This document shows positions 1 to 11,719 of a stretch of 64,000 nucleotides of DNA, in pieces. The translations under genes were made by a program, and so were the position numbers. The notes under the pieces are model-generated. The model did not search any database. It was not told the DNA's origin and worked only from the letters and a program-made list of their open reading frames with translations. Position 1 is the stretch's first letter; every line of letters starts with the position of its first letter. The DNA comes from an uncultured Acidobacteriota bacterium (GTDB taxonomy: Bacteria > Acidobacteriota > Polarisedimenticolia > J045): NCBI GenBank assembly GCA_963800865.1, contig CAWDCL010000004.1, positions 1,935,339 to 1,999,338 on the forward strand, read 5' to 3'.

Positions 1-1
1 C

Positions 2-958
2 GATCCCGAGCGGGCCGCCGATCTGAACCGCCAGCGCTCCGTCGTCGCCGTGCAGCGGGACCGCGACCGGCGCCTCGAGTCGCTGGTCGCCGACGCCGAG
101 ACGCTGCTCGAGCTGGACCGCGAGGGGGAGGGGGTCGACGCGGAGTTCGAGGAGACCCTGTCCCGACTGGAGCCGGCGCTGACGGAGGTCGAGGTCGGGA
201 CGATGCTCTCGGGCCCCGAGGACCACAACAACGCGTTCCTCGAGATCCACCCGGGAGCGGGCGGGGTCGACGCCCAGGACTGGGCCGAGATGCTGCTCCG
301 GATGTACGTCTACTGGGCCGAGAAGGGGAGCTACCAGGCGGAGCTGCTCGACCGGCTCGAGGGGGACGGCGCCGGGATCAAGAGCGCCACGCTGCGGATC
401 GTCGGTCCCGACGCCTACGGCTGGCTGAAGGCCGAGCGCGGCGTCCACCGGCTGGTCCGGATCAGCCCGTTCGATGCCCAGGCGCGGCGCCACACCGCGT
501 TCGCGTCGGTCGACGTCATCCCCGAGGTCGACGACACGATCAAGATCGACATCCAGGACAAGGACCTGAAGGTCGACACCTACCGCAGCTCCGGCGCCGG
601 GGGACAGCACGTCAACGTCACCGACAGCGCGGTCCGGATCACCCACCTTCCGACCGGCATCGTGGTCACCTGCCAGGACGAGCGGTCCCAGCCCCGGAAC
701 CGCGAGAAGGCGATGCGCGTCCTGCGGGCGCGGCTCCACGAGCGGGAGCGGGAACGGCAGGAGGCCGAGCGGCAGACCAAGGCCGGGGACAAGAAGGAAA
801 TCGGCTTCGGAAGCCAGATCCGGTCCTACGTCCTGGCCCCTTACAGAATGGTAAAGGACCACCGGACGGACTACGAGATGGGGGACGTCGACCGGGTCCT
901 GAACGGCGATCTGACCGGGTTCATGAAGGCCTGGCTGCTCGCCAAGGCCAAGTCCTGA
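2..958 (+). CDS. prfB: Peptide chain release factor 2 (5' end outside the window)
   Basis: [25 protein letters not shown] (SPF = RF2 specificity motif) and [10 protein letters not shown] (GGQ). The frame is open back to the window edge. Confidence 0.97.
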   Translation, partial: DPERAADLNRQRSVVAVQRDRDRRLESLVADAETLLELDREGEGVDAEFEETLSRLEPALTEVEVGTMLSGPEDHNNAFLEIHPGAGGVDAQDWAEMLLRMYVYWAEKGSYQAELLDRLEGDGAGIKSATLRIVGPDAYGWLKAERGVHRLVRISPFDAQARRHTAFASVDVIPEVDDTIKIDIQDKDLKVDTYRSSGAGGQHVNVTDSAVRITHLPTGIVVTCQDERSQPRNREKAMRVLRARLHERERERQEAERQTKAGDKKEIGFGSQIRSYVLAPYRMVKDHRTDYEMGDVDRVLNGDLTGFMKAWLLAKAKS

Positions 959-999
959 CCCCCCGGCGGGACGCTCCGCGAACGAATCCAAACGCGAGC

Positions 1000-1028
1000 T
1001 TGCGTCCCCGAACGCCGGTCCCTATAAA
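1000..1028 (+). promoter_or_regulatory. Putative sigma70 promoter of the hrcA operon
   Basis: TTGCGT-N17-TATAAA upstream of hrcA; AT-rich hexamers stand out in this GC-rich DNA. Confidence 0.6.
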
Positions 1029-1073
1029 TCCAGCAGGAGCTTCATCTTCCGACCGAAGCCGGGGGAGAGGCGT

Positions 1074-2156
1074 GTGACGCTCGACCAGAGGGCCGTGGAG
1101 GTCCTCCGCATCGTCATCGAAGAGCACGTGAAGAGCGGCGAGCCCGTCAGCTCGCGGCGCACGGCCCGCCTGCACGCGGAACAGCTCTCCCCGGCGACGA
1201 TCCGCAACATCATGGCCGACCTGACCGACGACGGTTACCTGGAGCAGCCGCACACCTCCGCCGGCCGCGTCCCGACCGACCGCGGCTACCGGTTCTTCGT
1301 CGACGACGCGCTCGGGAACAAGATCCGCCTGCCGGCCCGCGAGGTGCGGCAGATCAAGGACCTGCTCGCTTCGACGCGGGAGCTCGACGAGCTGCTCTCC
1401 CGCGCCACCCGCCTGCTCGCCGACATGACCCACCAGGTCGGGGTCGTGCTCGCGCCGGACCTGGAACAGGCGGTGCTCGAGCACGTCGACTTCGTCCGGA
1501 TCGGACCGCACCGCCTGGTGGCGATCTTCGTCAGCCGCACCGGCATCGTCACCCACCGCGTGCTCGAACTGGACGAGGACCTGTCGCAGGAGGGGCTCGA
1601 CCGCCTGGGCGCCAAGCTGCGCCAGCACCTCGTCGGCTACACGCTGCCCGACGTGCGGCGCCGGATGATCGAGATGTTGCGCGAGGACCACGAGTGGGCC
1701 CGCCGGATCGGCCGCGAAGCGGTCGGCCGCGTGATCGGGTTCCTCGAGAAGCCGTTCCCCGAGGAGGCCGGCGAGCTGCGCCTCGAGGGGACCGCGAGCC
1801 TGCTGGAGCTGCCGGAGTTCGGGGACGTGCAGCGCCTCCGCGACGCGCTGCGCACGCTCGAGGAGCGGACGCAGCTGGTCCGCCTGCTCGACCGCTGCCT
1901 CGCGTCGCCCGGGGTCCGGGTGATCATCGGCGCCGAGACGGAAGATCCGGCGCTGGCGCTGATGGCGGTCGTGGCCAGCCCCTATCGCGCCGGCCGGAGC
2001 GCCCGCGGCCTCGTCGGAGTGGTCGGGCCCCGCAGGATGGAATACGCGCGCGCCGTCGCGATCGTCGACGAGCTGGCGCGCACGATCACCGAGATCCTCA
2101 ACGCGGAGGAGCGCGAGCGGGGACCGGAACAGCGTCAGCCCGGAGCGGAGGAATGA
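1074..2156 (+). CDS. hrcA: Heat-inducible transcription repressor HrcA
   Basis: N-terminal wHTH with SPATIRNIMADL and QPHTSAGRVPTDRGYRFFVD; C-terminal GVVGPRRMEY; lies before grpE-dnaK-dnaJ. Confidence 0.96.
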   Translation: MTLDQRAVEVLRIVIEEHVKSGEPVSSRRTARLHAEQLSPATIRNIMADLTDDGYLEQPHTSAGRVPTDRGYRFFVDDALGNKIRLPAREVRQIKDLLASTRELDELLSRATRLLADMTHQVGVVLAPDLEQAVLEHVDFVRIGPHRLVAIFVSRTGIVTHRVLELDEDLSQEGLDRLGAKLRQHLVGYTLPDVRRRMIEMLREDHEWARRIGREAVGRVIGFLEKPFPEEAGELRLEGTASLLELPEFGDVQRLRDALRTLEERTQLVRLLDRCLASPGVRVIIGAETEDPALALMAVVASPYRAGRSARGLVGVVGPRRMEYARAVAIVDELARTITEILNAEERERGPEQRQPGAEE

Positions 2157-2691
2157 TGGATCGCGGCGAAGACGATACGAGCTCGGGCGTCATCATCGAG
2201 TTGATCGACGACGAGCCGGCAGTCACCGCGCCGCGGATCCCGCCGGCGCAGGCTGCGACCGTCCCTGCGGCACGCGCGGCCCGGCCCCCCGGGCCGAGCA
2301 TGGTCCGCGCCCGGGAGGAGTCCTACCGCGACGGGATCCGCTCGACGCTGCGCCAGATCCTGCCGGCGCTCGACTCGCTCGAGTCGTGCTACCGCGAAGC
2401 GACCGACCAGGCGTCGCTGCAGCAGGGCGTGCGGATGGCGCTGCGGGAGCTGTGGGACGTCTTCCGTGCCTACGAGCTCGAACGGATCGAGGGCGACGGC
2501 ACTCCCTTCGATCCGGCGCTTCACGAGGCGGTCCAGGTCACCGAGAGCGACCGCGTGCCGCCCGGCACGGTGCTCGAGGTGATGCGCGTCGGCTACACGC
2601 TGGGGGGCGAACTGGTCCGTCCGGCGATGGTGAGGGTCTCGATCGCACCCGGCGGGTCGAAGGGACACGACCCGTTCCAGGAGGAGAGCAG

Positions 2692-2695
<4 letters not shown>
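2153..2695 (+). CDS. grpE: Nucleotide exchange factor GrpE (divergent N-terminus)
   Basis: ATG overlaps the hrcA stop; FDPALHEAV and GYTLGGELVRPAMVRVS GrpE motifs; operon position. Confidence 0.9.
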
Positions 2696-4512
<1,817 letters not shown>

Positions 4513-4569
4513 ACCGGCGCGCGCGCCGCGGCGTGAAGCGGCGCGCGCGACCGGGTATAGTCGCGGGCC

Positions 4570-5727
4570 GTGACCACGAAGAAGCGTGACTACTACGAGG
4601 TCCTGGGCGTCCCGCGCACCGCCGGCGCCGAGGAGCTGAAGAAGGCGTACCGCCGCCGAGCGCTCGAAGTGCATCCCGACCGCAATCCCGCCGACCCGCA
4701 CGCGGAAGAGCGATTCAAGGAACTGACCGAAGCGTACGCCGTGCTGGGGGACCCGGCGCGCCGGGCGCGCTACGACTCGGGGGGATTCGACGCGGTCGGA
4801 GGCGCGCCGGGTTTCGATCCCTCGATCTTCGAGGGGATCTTCGGCGGACAGGGCTTCTCGTCCCTGGACGACCTGTTCGAGCAGTTCTTCGGAGGCGGTG
4901 CGCCGGGAAGCCGGGGAGCCGGGCCGCGGCGCGGGGACGACCTGCGCTACGGGCTCGAGATCGCGCTCGAGGACGCCGCGGCGGGGACCGAGATCAAGCT
5001 CCGGCTCCCGCGCTCGGAAGGGTGTCCCAAGTGCGAGGGGACGGGCGCCGCCCCGGGCGGGCTCGCGACCTGCGCGACCTGCCACGGCCGGGGCTCCGTC
5101 GTGGCGCGGGTCGGGTTCGTCCAGTTCGCCCAGACCTGCCCCGCCTGCGGGGGGCGGGGGCGCACGATCCGGAAGCGCTGCGGCGAGTGCGAGGGCGACG
5201 GGCGGATCGCGACCGAGCGGACGGTGCGGGTGCGCATCCCCCCCGGCGTCGACGACAAGACCCGGGTGCGCGTCGCGGGGGAAGGGGACGGCGGCACCCT
5301 GGGCGGCCCGCCCGGCGATCTCTACGTCGACATCGCGGTCAAGCCGCACGCCGTCTTTGCGCGCGACGGGGCGGACATCCATGCGACCCTGACGGTCGGA
5401 TTCGCGGACCTCGTCCTTGGCGGCCGCTTCGAGGTGCCGACGCTCCACGGCCCGGCCCCGGTCGAGATCGAGCCGCGGACGGCACCCGGAACGGCGATCG
5501 TCCTGCGCGGTCGCGGGGTGCCGCGGCTCGGCCGGAGCGGCCGCGGGGACCACGTGGTGCACGTCACGGCCCGCCCGCCGAAGGAGCTGGAGGGGCGCGA
5601 GCGCGAGCTCTGGGACGAATTGCACGCGATCGAGCGCGCGCGGCGCACGGCAGCCGAAGCGGCCGAACCGGAAACCGACCGCAACCTGTTCGAGCGGGTC
5701 AAGGACTTCCTCGGTGGCGAACGATAG
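4570..5727 (+). CDS. dnaJ: Chaperone DnaJ
   Basis: J domain with HPD, G/F-rich region, four CxxCxGxG repeats, C-terminal domain. Confidence 0.97.
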   Translation: MTTKKRDYYEVLGVPRTAGAEELKKAYRRRALEVHPDRNPADPHAEERFKELTEAYAVLGDPARRARYDSGGFDAVGGAPGFDPSIFEGIFGGQGFSSLDDLFEQFFGGGAPGSRGAGPRRGDDLRYGLEIALEDAAAGTEIKLRLPRSEGCPKCEGTGAAPGGLATCATCHGRGSVVARVGFVQFAQTCPACGGRGRTIRKRCGECEGDGRIATERTVRVRIPPGVDDKTRVRVAGEGDGGTLGGPPGDLYVDIAVKPHAVFARDGADIHATLTVGFADLVLGGRFEVPTLHGPAPVEIEPRTAPGTAIVLRGRGVPRLGRSGRGDHVVHVTARPPKELEGRERELWDELHAIERARRTAAEAAEPETDRNLFERVKDFLGGER

Positions 5728-6610
5728 GCTCCGTGTCCCCGGGACCTGGTACCGCGTTCGCGCGAGCCTGCCGCGGGCGGCCGAGGATGCCGTGCTCGGT
5801 GCCCTGCACGGGGCCGGCGCGACCGGCTCGGCCATCCGCCCCGCCGGCCCGCGGCGGGTGATCTGCGAGGCCTGGTTCGACGATGCGGCCGCGGCTGCGG
5901 CGGGGCTCGAGGCGTTGGGCGGCATTTCCGGCACGAAGCTCGACGGCGACGGCCCGCAGCGGGTGCAGGACGACGGCTGGCTCGACGCGTCGTCGCGCCG
6001 CCGGCCGCCGCTCCTCGCGGGGCGCTTCGCCGTGGTCGACCGCCCGCCCGCGGAGGACTCCGGCGCCGTGGCGCTCGGGGGCCGCGAGCTGCTCGTGATC
6101 CCCGCCAGCCGGGCGTTCGGGACCGGCGAGCACGCGACGACGCGGCTCTGCCTCGAGCTCCTGTCGGAGCGGGTCCGGCCGGGCGACACCGTGCTCGATC
6201 TCGGCACCGGGTCGGGGATCCTCGCGATCGCGGCGGCGCGGCTCGGGGCGCGGCGGGTGCTCGCACTCGACATCGATCCGGCGGTGCTCGAGGTGACGGC
6301 CGAGAACGTCGCGGCGCACGGCGTCGCGGGGACGGTGGAGCTGGCCGCCGGGAGCTGGAGTGCGCTGGCGCCGGCCGCCCTCTACGATGTCCTGGTCGCC
6401 AACATCCACCGCACGGCGCTGGTGCGCGGAGCGCGCAGCCTGGCCGCGCACCTTCGTCCGGGCGCCCGGGCGGTCCTCTCGGGCTTCCTTCGCGCCGACG
6501 AGGACAAGGTCGAACGGGCCTGGTCCCGCGCCGGGCTGCAGCGCGAGGCCGTCCAGCGCGACGGGGAGTGGGTCGCAATGGCGGTGGCCGGGGAAGGGGT
6601 GGAGCGGTGA
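5714..6610 (+). CDS. prmA: Ribosomal protein L11 methyltransferase
   Basis: AFGTGEHATT, VLDLGTGSGILAI, VANI and LSG motifs; follows dnaJ. The GTG start at 5714 is inferred. Confidence 0.88.
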   Translation: MANDRLRVPGTWYRVRASLPRAAEDAVLGALHGAGATGSAIRPAGPRRVICEAWFDDAAAAAAGLEALGGISGTKLDGDGPQRVQDDGWLDASSRRRPPLLAGRFAVVDRPPAEDSGAVALGGRELLVIPASRAFGTGEHATTRLCLELLSERVRPGDTVLDLGTGSGILAIAAARLGARRVLALDIDPAVLEVTAENVAAHGVAGTVELAAGSWSALAPAALYDVLVANIHRTALVRGARSLAAHLRPGARAVLSGFLRADEDKVERAWSRAGLQREAVQRDGEWVAMAVAGEGVER

Positions 6611-9165
6611 GCGGTTCGATGCGATCGCGCAGGGGCGGGTACTGGATCCTCGCGACGGGGTGCGTGGTCGCGGGCCTGCTCGCGGGCTGCGGTGGCCGCC
6701 CGGCAACGCCGGCCGGGCCGGTCGATCTCGCCGCCGCACGAGCGCAGCTGGAGGCGGGTGACGCGCTGGGCGTCGTGGCCCTCCTGCGCGACCGCGCGGG
6801 CCAGGATCCCGAACGCGTCGAACTGCTGGCGGCAGCGTATGAAGCGATTCCCGGCGCGGACATCGAGGCCGCGGCCCGCCTGGCGCCGCTCGGCAACTCG
6901 AACGACCCGCGGCTCGTTCTCGTCGCGGCGCGCGCCGCGGTGCGATCCGACGGCCTCGCCGAAGCGGAGACGATGCTGAAGGGCCTGCTCGCGAAGCAGC
7001 CCGCCGCGGAAGAGGTGGCGATCGAGTACGCCAAGCTCCTCGGCCGCATGGGACGGCACGACGATGCGCTCCGGGTGCTCGAGCCGTTCACGCGCGACGA
7101 GCCCCGGATCCTCAACCTCCGCGGCTACTCCGAGCTCCTCGCCGGCCGGCCCGAGGCGGCGCGCGCGCTGCTCGAGCGCTCCGTGTCCGCGGCTCGCGCC
7201 GCGGGGCAGGAGTACGCGCCCGCGCTCTATCACCTCGGTCTCTACTTCCGCTGGAAGGGCGAGCCCGCCACGGCGCTCGACTACTTCCGGCGCGCCTGCG
7301 GCGCCAGCCCGTCGCTGCTCGGGGCGCATTACCAGTGGATGGCCACTGCCGAACAGCTGGGGCTGGCCGAGGACGCCGCGATCGCGCGCGGCGCCTTCGG
7401 GCGGATCTACAGGACGGCGTTGACCCGGGCCGGCGCATTCAAGGAGCCGAAGGTCCCCGCCCCGGAGGCCATCGATCGGACGACGAAGATCGAATCCCGA
7501 CCCGTCGCCGAGGGAACGTCCTTCCGCCGCCGCTTTCCGGCCGGGGTGTCGGTCGAGGTCGCCTGCCGCACTCCGGTCAAGGGGACGGCACGCTTCGTCG
7601 CGCGGATCGAGAGCGGTCCCGGCGCCGGCACGGTCCTGCTCGACGTCGTGCACGAGAGCGGCCCGGACGGCGAGAGCTGGATCCCGCACAACGTCGCGAT
7701 CCCGCCCGGCGCGGCCGGTGCCGAGGCCGAGCTGCTGTTCGAAATCCGTTCCACTGCGTGGCTCGCCGGGTGGCGCGGGCTCGCGCCGGCGGCCGGCTCC
7801 GCGTTCTCCGAACCGCAGAAGACCGCCGGTCCCGGGCCGCGGTCCGCCGATCCGCGCCCGAACGTGCTGCTGATCTCGCTCGACACGCTGCGCGCCGATC
7901 GGCTCGGGCGCTACGGCAACGATCGTACGACTTCGCCCGCGATCGACGCGCTGGCGAAGCAGGGCGTGAGCTTCGAGCGGGCCGAGGCTGCGTCGAGCTG
8001 GACCCTGCCGTCCCACTACTCGATCTTCTCCGGCCTCACCCCGGCGGCCCACGGCGTGCTGCCGGACCTCGAGGCGACCCGCGGCTTCATGTGGGCCGAC
8101 CGGATGGTCCAGCTCCGCGGCTCGGGACGCGAGGTGATGGTCACCGAGGCGTTCAAGGAAGCCGGGTACCGTACCGTCGGCGTGACGGAGAACGGCTGGC
8201 TGGCGGGCCGCTTCGGCTTCGGCCAGGGGTTCGACCTCTACCGTGCCGACATGCTCGGCAATCTCTGGCGGACCCTCGGCGCGACGATGGCCGAGCTCGA
8301 GGCCCACGGCGAGGGCGGGCCCTGGTTCCTGTTCGTGCACACCTACACCCCGCACCAGCCGTACCACGCGCCGCGGCCGTTTCGCCTGCGCTGGGCCGAC
8401 CCCGAGTCGGGCGGGCTCGCGTGGCCCGACGCGCTCGTGCCGATGGAGGAGTACCTGCGCTTCCGGGCCGAGGTCTTCCTGCCGGCTCCGTCCGACGTCC
8501 AGGCCTTCCGGGATCTCTACGACGGCCAGGTCGCCTGGTCCGATTCACTCGTCGAGCGGCTCGTCTCCTGGCTGGACCAGCGGGGTCTCGCCGAGCAGAC
8601 GATCGTGATCGTGCTTTCGGACCACGGCGAGGAGTTGTTCGAGCGCGGCGAGTTCGACCACATCAACTCACTGTACGAGGAAGTGACCCGTGTCCCGCTC
8701 GTCATCCGTGCGCCCGGCCGTGTGCCGGCCGGCCGCGTGGTGGCGGGCCCGGTGTCGTTGATCGACGTGCCGGCGACGATGCTCGACCTGGCCGGGCTGG
8801 GAGAACGGCTGGGGCTCGGGAGCTCGCTCCGCGCGGCCTGGGACCGGGGGGAGTCGCGCCCGGCTTTCGCCCAGACGATCGGTCTCCGGAGCGAGCCGGT
8901 GGAAGCGGTCTGGGACGGGTCGCTCAAATACCTGCGGCGCGAGCGGGCGGGTGGCCTCGCCGAGCTGCTGTTCGACCTGGCCCGCGATCCCGCCGAGAAG
9001 ACCGACATCGCCGCCTCTCGGCCCAACGACCTCGCGCGGCTGCGGGGGCTGCACGAGGCGCACATGCGGGAGGCCGCGACGATCCGCAAGGACCTCGGGA
9101 CGGTCGCCGAGCAACTCGACCCCGAGACCGTGGAGCGCCTGAAGAGCCTCGGCTACGCCCGGTAA
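6607..9165 (+). CDS. Lipoprotein with TPR repeats and a C-terminal sulfatase/alkaline-phosphatase-superfamily domain
   Basis: Lipobox LAGC; TPR-like helices; PNVLLISLDTLRAD, WTLPSH, HTYTPHQPY, SDHGEE, LFDLARDPAE and terminal LKSLGY. Start could be GTG 6607 or ATG 6619. Confidence 0.85.
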   Translation: MSGSMRSRRGGYWILATGCVVAGLLAGCGGRPATPAGPVDLAAARAQLEAGDALGVVALLRDRAGQDPERVELLAAAYEAIPGADIEAAARLAPLGNSNDPRLVLVAARAAVRSDGLAEAETMLKGLLAKQPAAEEVAIEYAKLLGRMGRHDDALRVLEPFTRDEPRILNLRGYSELLAGRPEAARALLERSVSAARAAGQEYAPALYHLGLYFRWKGEPATALDYFRRACGASPSLLGAHYQWMATAEQLGLAEDAAIARGAFGRIYRTALTRAGAFKEPKVPAPEAIDRTTKIESRPVAEGTSFRRRFPAGVSVEVACRTPVKGTARFVARIESGPGAGTVLLDVVHESGPDGESWIPHNVAIPPGAAGAEAELLFEIRSTAWLAGWRGLAPAAGSAFSEPQKTAGPGPRSADPRPNVLLISLDTLRADRLGRYGNDRTTSPAIDALAKQGVSFERAEAASSWTLPSHYSIFSGLTPAAHGVLPDLEATRGFMWADRMVQLRGSGREVMVTEAFKEAGYRTVGVTENGWLAGRFGFGQGFDLYRADMLGNLWRTLGATMAELEAHGEGGPWFLFVHTYTPHQPYHAPRPFRLRWADPESGGLAWPDALVPMEEYLRFRAEVFLPAPSDVQAFRDLYDGQVAWSDSLVERLVSWLDQRGLAEQTIVIVLSDHGEELFERGEFDHINSLYEEVTRVPLVIRAPGRVPAGRVVAGPVSLIDVPATMLDLAGLGERLGLGSSLRAAWDRGESRPAFAQTIGLRSEPVEAVWDGSLKYLRRERAGGLAELLFDLARDPAEKTDIAASRPNDLARLRGLHEAHMREAATIRKDLGTVAEQLDPETVERLKSLGYAR

Positions 9166-9220
9166 CGGCCGGGCCGAAAGTCACGGCCCCGAAAGGCCGG
9201 GCCGGCACGGAGGCCGGCCC
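9166..9220. terminator. GC-rich hairpins between convergent genes
   Basis: gggccg/cggccc and gggccggc/gccggccc inverted repeats between two stop codons; no U-tract. Confidence 0.3.
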
Positions 9221-10789
9221 CTACGGTTTCTTGGCGTTGAGCCCGTCGAGCGACTTGCGGGCCGAGGTGCGAACGAAGGCCGCTTCGTCCTTGAGCAGCG
9301 CTTCGAGCAGCTCCTTGGCCTTCGGTCCGCCGACCTTGCCCAGCGCGACCGCCGCCGCCTGCCGCACGCCCGGATCGGTGTCCTTGGCGAGCTTGCCCAG
9401 GGCGGCCAGGGCGTCCGCTCCCCCGATGTTCCCCAGCGCGCCCGCGGCCGCGATGCGGACCTGCTTGGATCCCTTCCCCTTGTCCTCCGCCGCCTTCACG
9501 AGGACCGGGACCTGCTTCGGACCGCCGATCTGGCCGATCCCCTCCAGCGCCATCGAACGCACGTTGGGATCCGCGTCGGAAGCGAAGGCCACGAGGGCGT
9601 CGGCGGCCGGCTTGCCGATCCCGGCCAGCGCGCCCGCCGCTTCCATGCGGACCGACGGGTCGAGGTCGGTCGTCAGCGCCGAGAGGTCGGGCACGGCGCG
9701 CTCCTTGAGCAGATCGGCCAGGACGGAGACGGCCGTCGCGCGCACGGCCGAGTCCTTGTCGTTCTTCAGGACGTTCCGCACCGCCTCGGCGACCGTGACG
9801 TCGCCGACCTTCGTATCCGGCTTCGCGATCTTGTCCAGCGCACGGAGCGCGGTGCGACGAAGCCGCGGGTCGGAGTCCGAGAGCTGCTTGACGAAGAGCG
9901 GCACCGCCTGCTCGTCCTTCATGTCGACCAGTCCCTGGGCGGCGCCGAGCCGTACGGCGAGGGAGGGATCGGACATCGCGGCCCGCAGGACCGGAAGCGC
10001 CTCGGGGTTCTTGATCTTTGCGAGCGCGCGCGCGGCGCCGGCGCGGACCGCGTCGGAGGGGCGGCCCTTGTTGGCCTTCAGCGCCTCCTTGCTCGGCTTG
10101 GGGACGATCAGGATCAACTCGCGAACCGCCTCGGGCGTCCCGATCGTGGCCAGCGCCTCGGCGGCTGCCGGCTCGGCGGCGAGGTCGCCCATCGTGCGTG
10201 CGATCCGGCCGAGTTCCGCGACCGACTGCGGGTCGCGCGCCGCCTGGCAGGCGAGGACCGCCGAGCGGACGACGCTCTCCGACGGGTCCTTGAGCGCCTT
10301 CCGGAAGATCGCGTTGGCCTCCGGGTCGCGCGGGAACCCCTCGCGCAGGGTCTGGAGCACCTCGATCCGCGCGCCGAAGTCCGGATCCTCGGAGGCGGCG
10401 CGGCAGAGATCCTTGGACCGCGGCTTGTCCCACATCCGGCACGCCGCGCGGATCGCACCGTCACGGACGACGGTGGAATCGTCGTTATAGAGCTTCTCGA
10501 GCAGGTCGGTCCCCTTGTCGCCGAGGATCTCCTGGATGGCCCAGACCGTCTCGGCCCGCACCTCCGGCTCCGAATCGTTGACGAGCTCCTCGAGCAGCGG
10601 ACGCGCCGCGGCGGGGGACGGCTTGAGCCGCATCAGTTCCCGCACGCCGGTGACACGGTCCTGCTTCGTGTCGGAGGCAAGCCGCTTCTGCACGGGCTTC
10701 AGGTCCACCTCGGCCGCCAGGAGCAGCCCGGTGGGAAGTGCCAGAGCAACGACCATCACCAGCCTGTGCCCGCGGTTCATCGTCATCAT
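9221..10789 (-). CDS. Secreted HEAT (PBS-lyase-like) repeat protein
   Basis: Hydrophobic signal-like N-terminus, then many ~31-aa D-x-D-P-x-V-R-x-x-A-x-x-A-L repeats. Confidence 0.85.
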   Translation of the reverse strand: MMTMNRGHRLVMVVALALPTGLLLAAEVDLKPVQKRLASDTKQDRVTGVRELMRLKPSPAAARPLLEELVNDSEPEVRAETVWAIQEILGDKGTDLLEKLYNDDSTVVRDGAIRAACRMWDKPRSKDLCRAASEDPDFGARIEVLQTLREGFPRDPEANAIFRKALKDPSESVVRSAVLACQAARDPQSVAELGRIARTMGDLAAEPAAAEALATIGTPEAVRELILIVPKPSKEALKANKGRPSDAVRAGAARALAKIKNPEALPVLRAAMSDPSLAVRLGAAQGLVDMKDEQAVPLFVKQLSDSDPRLRRTALRALDKIAKPDTKVGDVTVAEAVRNVLKNDKDSAVRATAVSVLADLLKERAVPDLSALTTDLDPSVRMEAAGALAGIGKPAADALVAFASDADPNVRSMALEGIGQIGGPKQVPVLVKAAEDKGKGSKQVRIAAAGALGNIGGADALAALGKLAKDTDPGVRQAAAVALGKVGGPKAKELLEALLKDEAAFVRTSARKSLDGLNAKKP

Positions 10790-10959
10790 CGAAGTCCGTG
10801 CCTCCCCGGGAACCCGTGCCGTCCGCGCCGGCCCCGATACGGCTCAAGGCGCGGGAAGAGACTAGCGGCGCCCCGGATGCGGCGCCAGCGAGCGGCGGCC
10901 GCTGCCGGGGGCGGTCTCCGCCCTTGTCCGCAGAGCTCTTCGGCCGCCCGCGCCGTTTG

Positions 10960-10989
10960 TTGACCCCCGGGAACGGGCCGTGGTAGGTT
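10960..10989 (+). promoter_or_regulatory. Possible sigma70 promoter for the pgsA operon
   Basis: TTGACC-N18-TAGGTT with an upstream TG. Confidence 0.4.
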
Positions 10990-11095
10990 CCGACCGGTCC
11001 GGCGGCGCGCCGGCCCCCGCGCGGGCGCCGTCACCGGCCCCGAGCGGGCACGGGCGAACGGGCGCGCGGTGCCGGGTCGCCGGACTCGCGAGCCC

Positions 11096-11710
11096 ATGAA
11101 TCTCCCGACCAGTCTGACGCTGCTGCGCATCCTCTTCGTGCCGCTCCTCGTGGTGGTGCTGCTCGCGCCCCCGTGGCACTGGACGAAGGTCCGGTTCTTC
11201 GGCGACGAAGGCCCGCCCGCGCGCGAGCTGCTGGGGGTCGTGATCTTCCTCGTCGCGACCATCACGGACATCCTCGACGGTTATCTCGCCCGTCGGCGCA
11301 ACGAGGTGACGACGCTCGGCACCCTGCTCGACCCGATCGCCGACAAGCTCCTGATGTCGGCCGCCTTCATCTCCCTGGTCGAGATGAAACTGGCCCCGGC
11401 CTGGATGGTCGTGATCATCGTCGGGCGCGAGTTCCTGATCTCCGGCATGCGCTCGATCCTGGCGACCCGGGGCTACGCGCTGCCGGCGTCGGCCTGGGGC
11501 AAGGCCAAGACCGTCTCCCAGGTCGTCGCGATCCTGCTGCTCATCCTGACCGACACGATCCACCGCCTGTCGGGGTTCGACTGGCTGGGGATCGGCGCGC
11601 TCTGGATCGCGATGCTGCTGACGATCGCGTCGGCAGTCGGGTATGTCGGGGAATTCGTGCGGCTCTACCCGTCGCTCGCCACGGGTCCGCCCGGACCGCG
11701 GCCGGACTGA
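11096..11710 (+). CDS. pgsA: CDP-diacylglycerol--glycerol-3-phosphate 3-phosphatidyltransferase
   Basis: MNLPTSLTLLRI start; DILDGYLARR...GTLLDPIADK CDP-alcohol phosphotransferase motif. Confidence 0.95.
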   Translation: MNLPTSLTLLRILFVPLLVVVLLAPPWHWTKVRFFGDEGPPARELLGVVIFLVATITDILDGYLARRRNEVTTLGTLLDPIADKLLMSAAFISLVEMKLAPAWMVVIIVGREFLISGMRSILATRGYALPASAWGKAKTVSQVVAILLLILTDTIHRLSGFDWLGIGALWIAMLLTIASAVGYVGEFVRLYPSLATGPPGPRPD

Positions 11711-11719
11711 GGCCGCAGC

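Noticed and set aside
1-60. prfB programmed +1 frameshift site
   Set aside because: It would lie upstream of the window and cannot be assessed.
7335-10490. 1051-aa plus-strand ORF spanning the sulfatase and HEAT genes
   Set aside because: Arg/Gly/Ser-rich off-frame and antisense read of two real genes.
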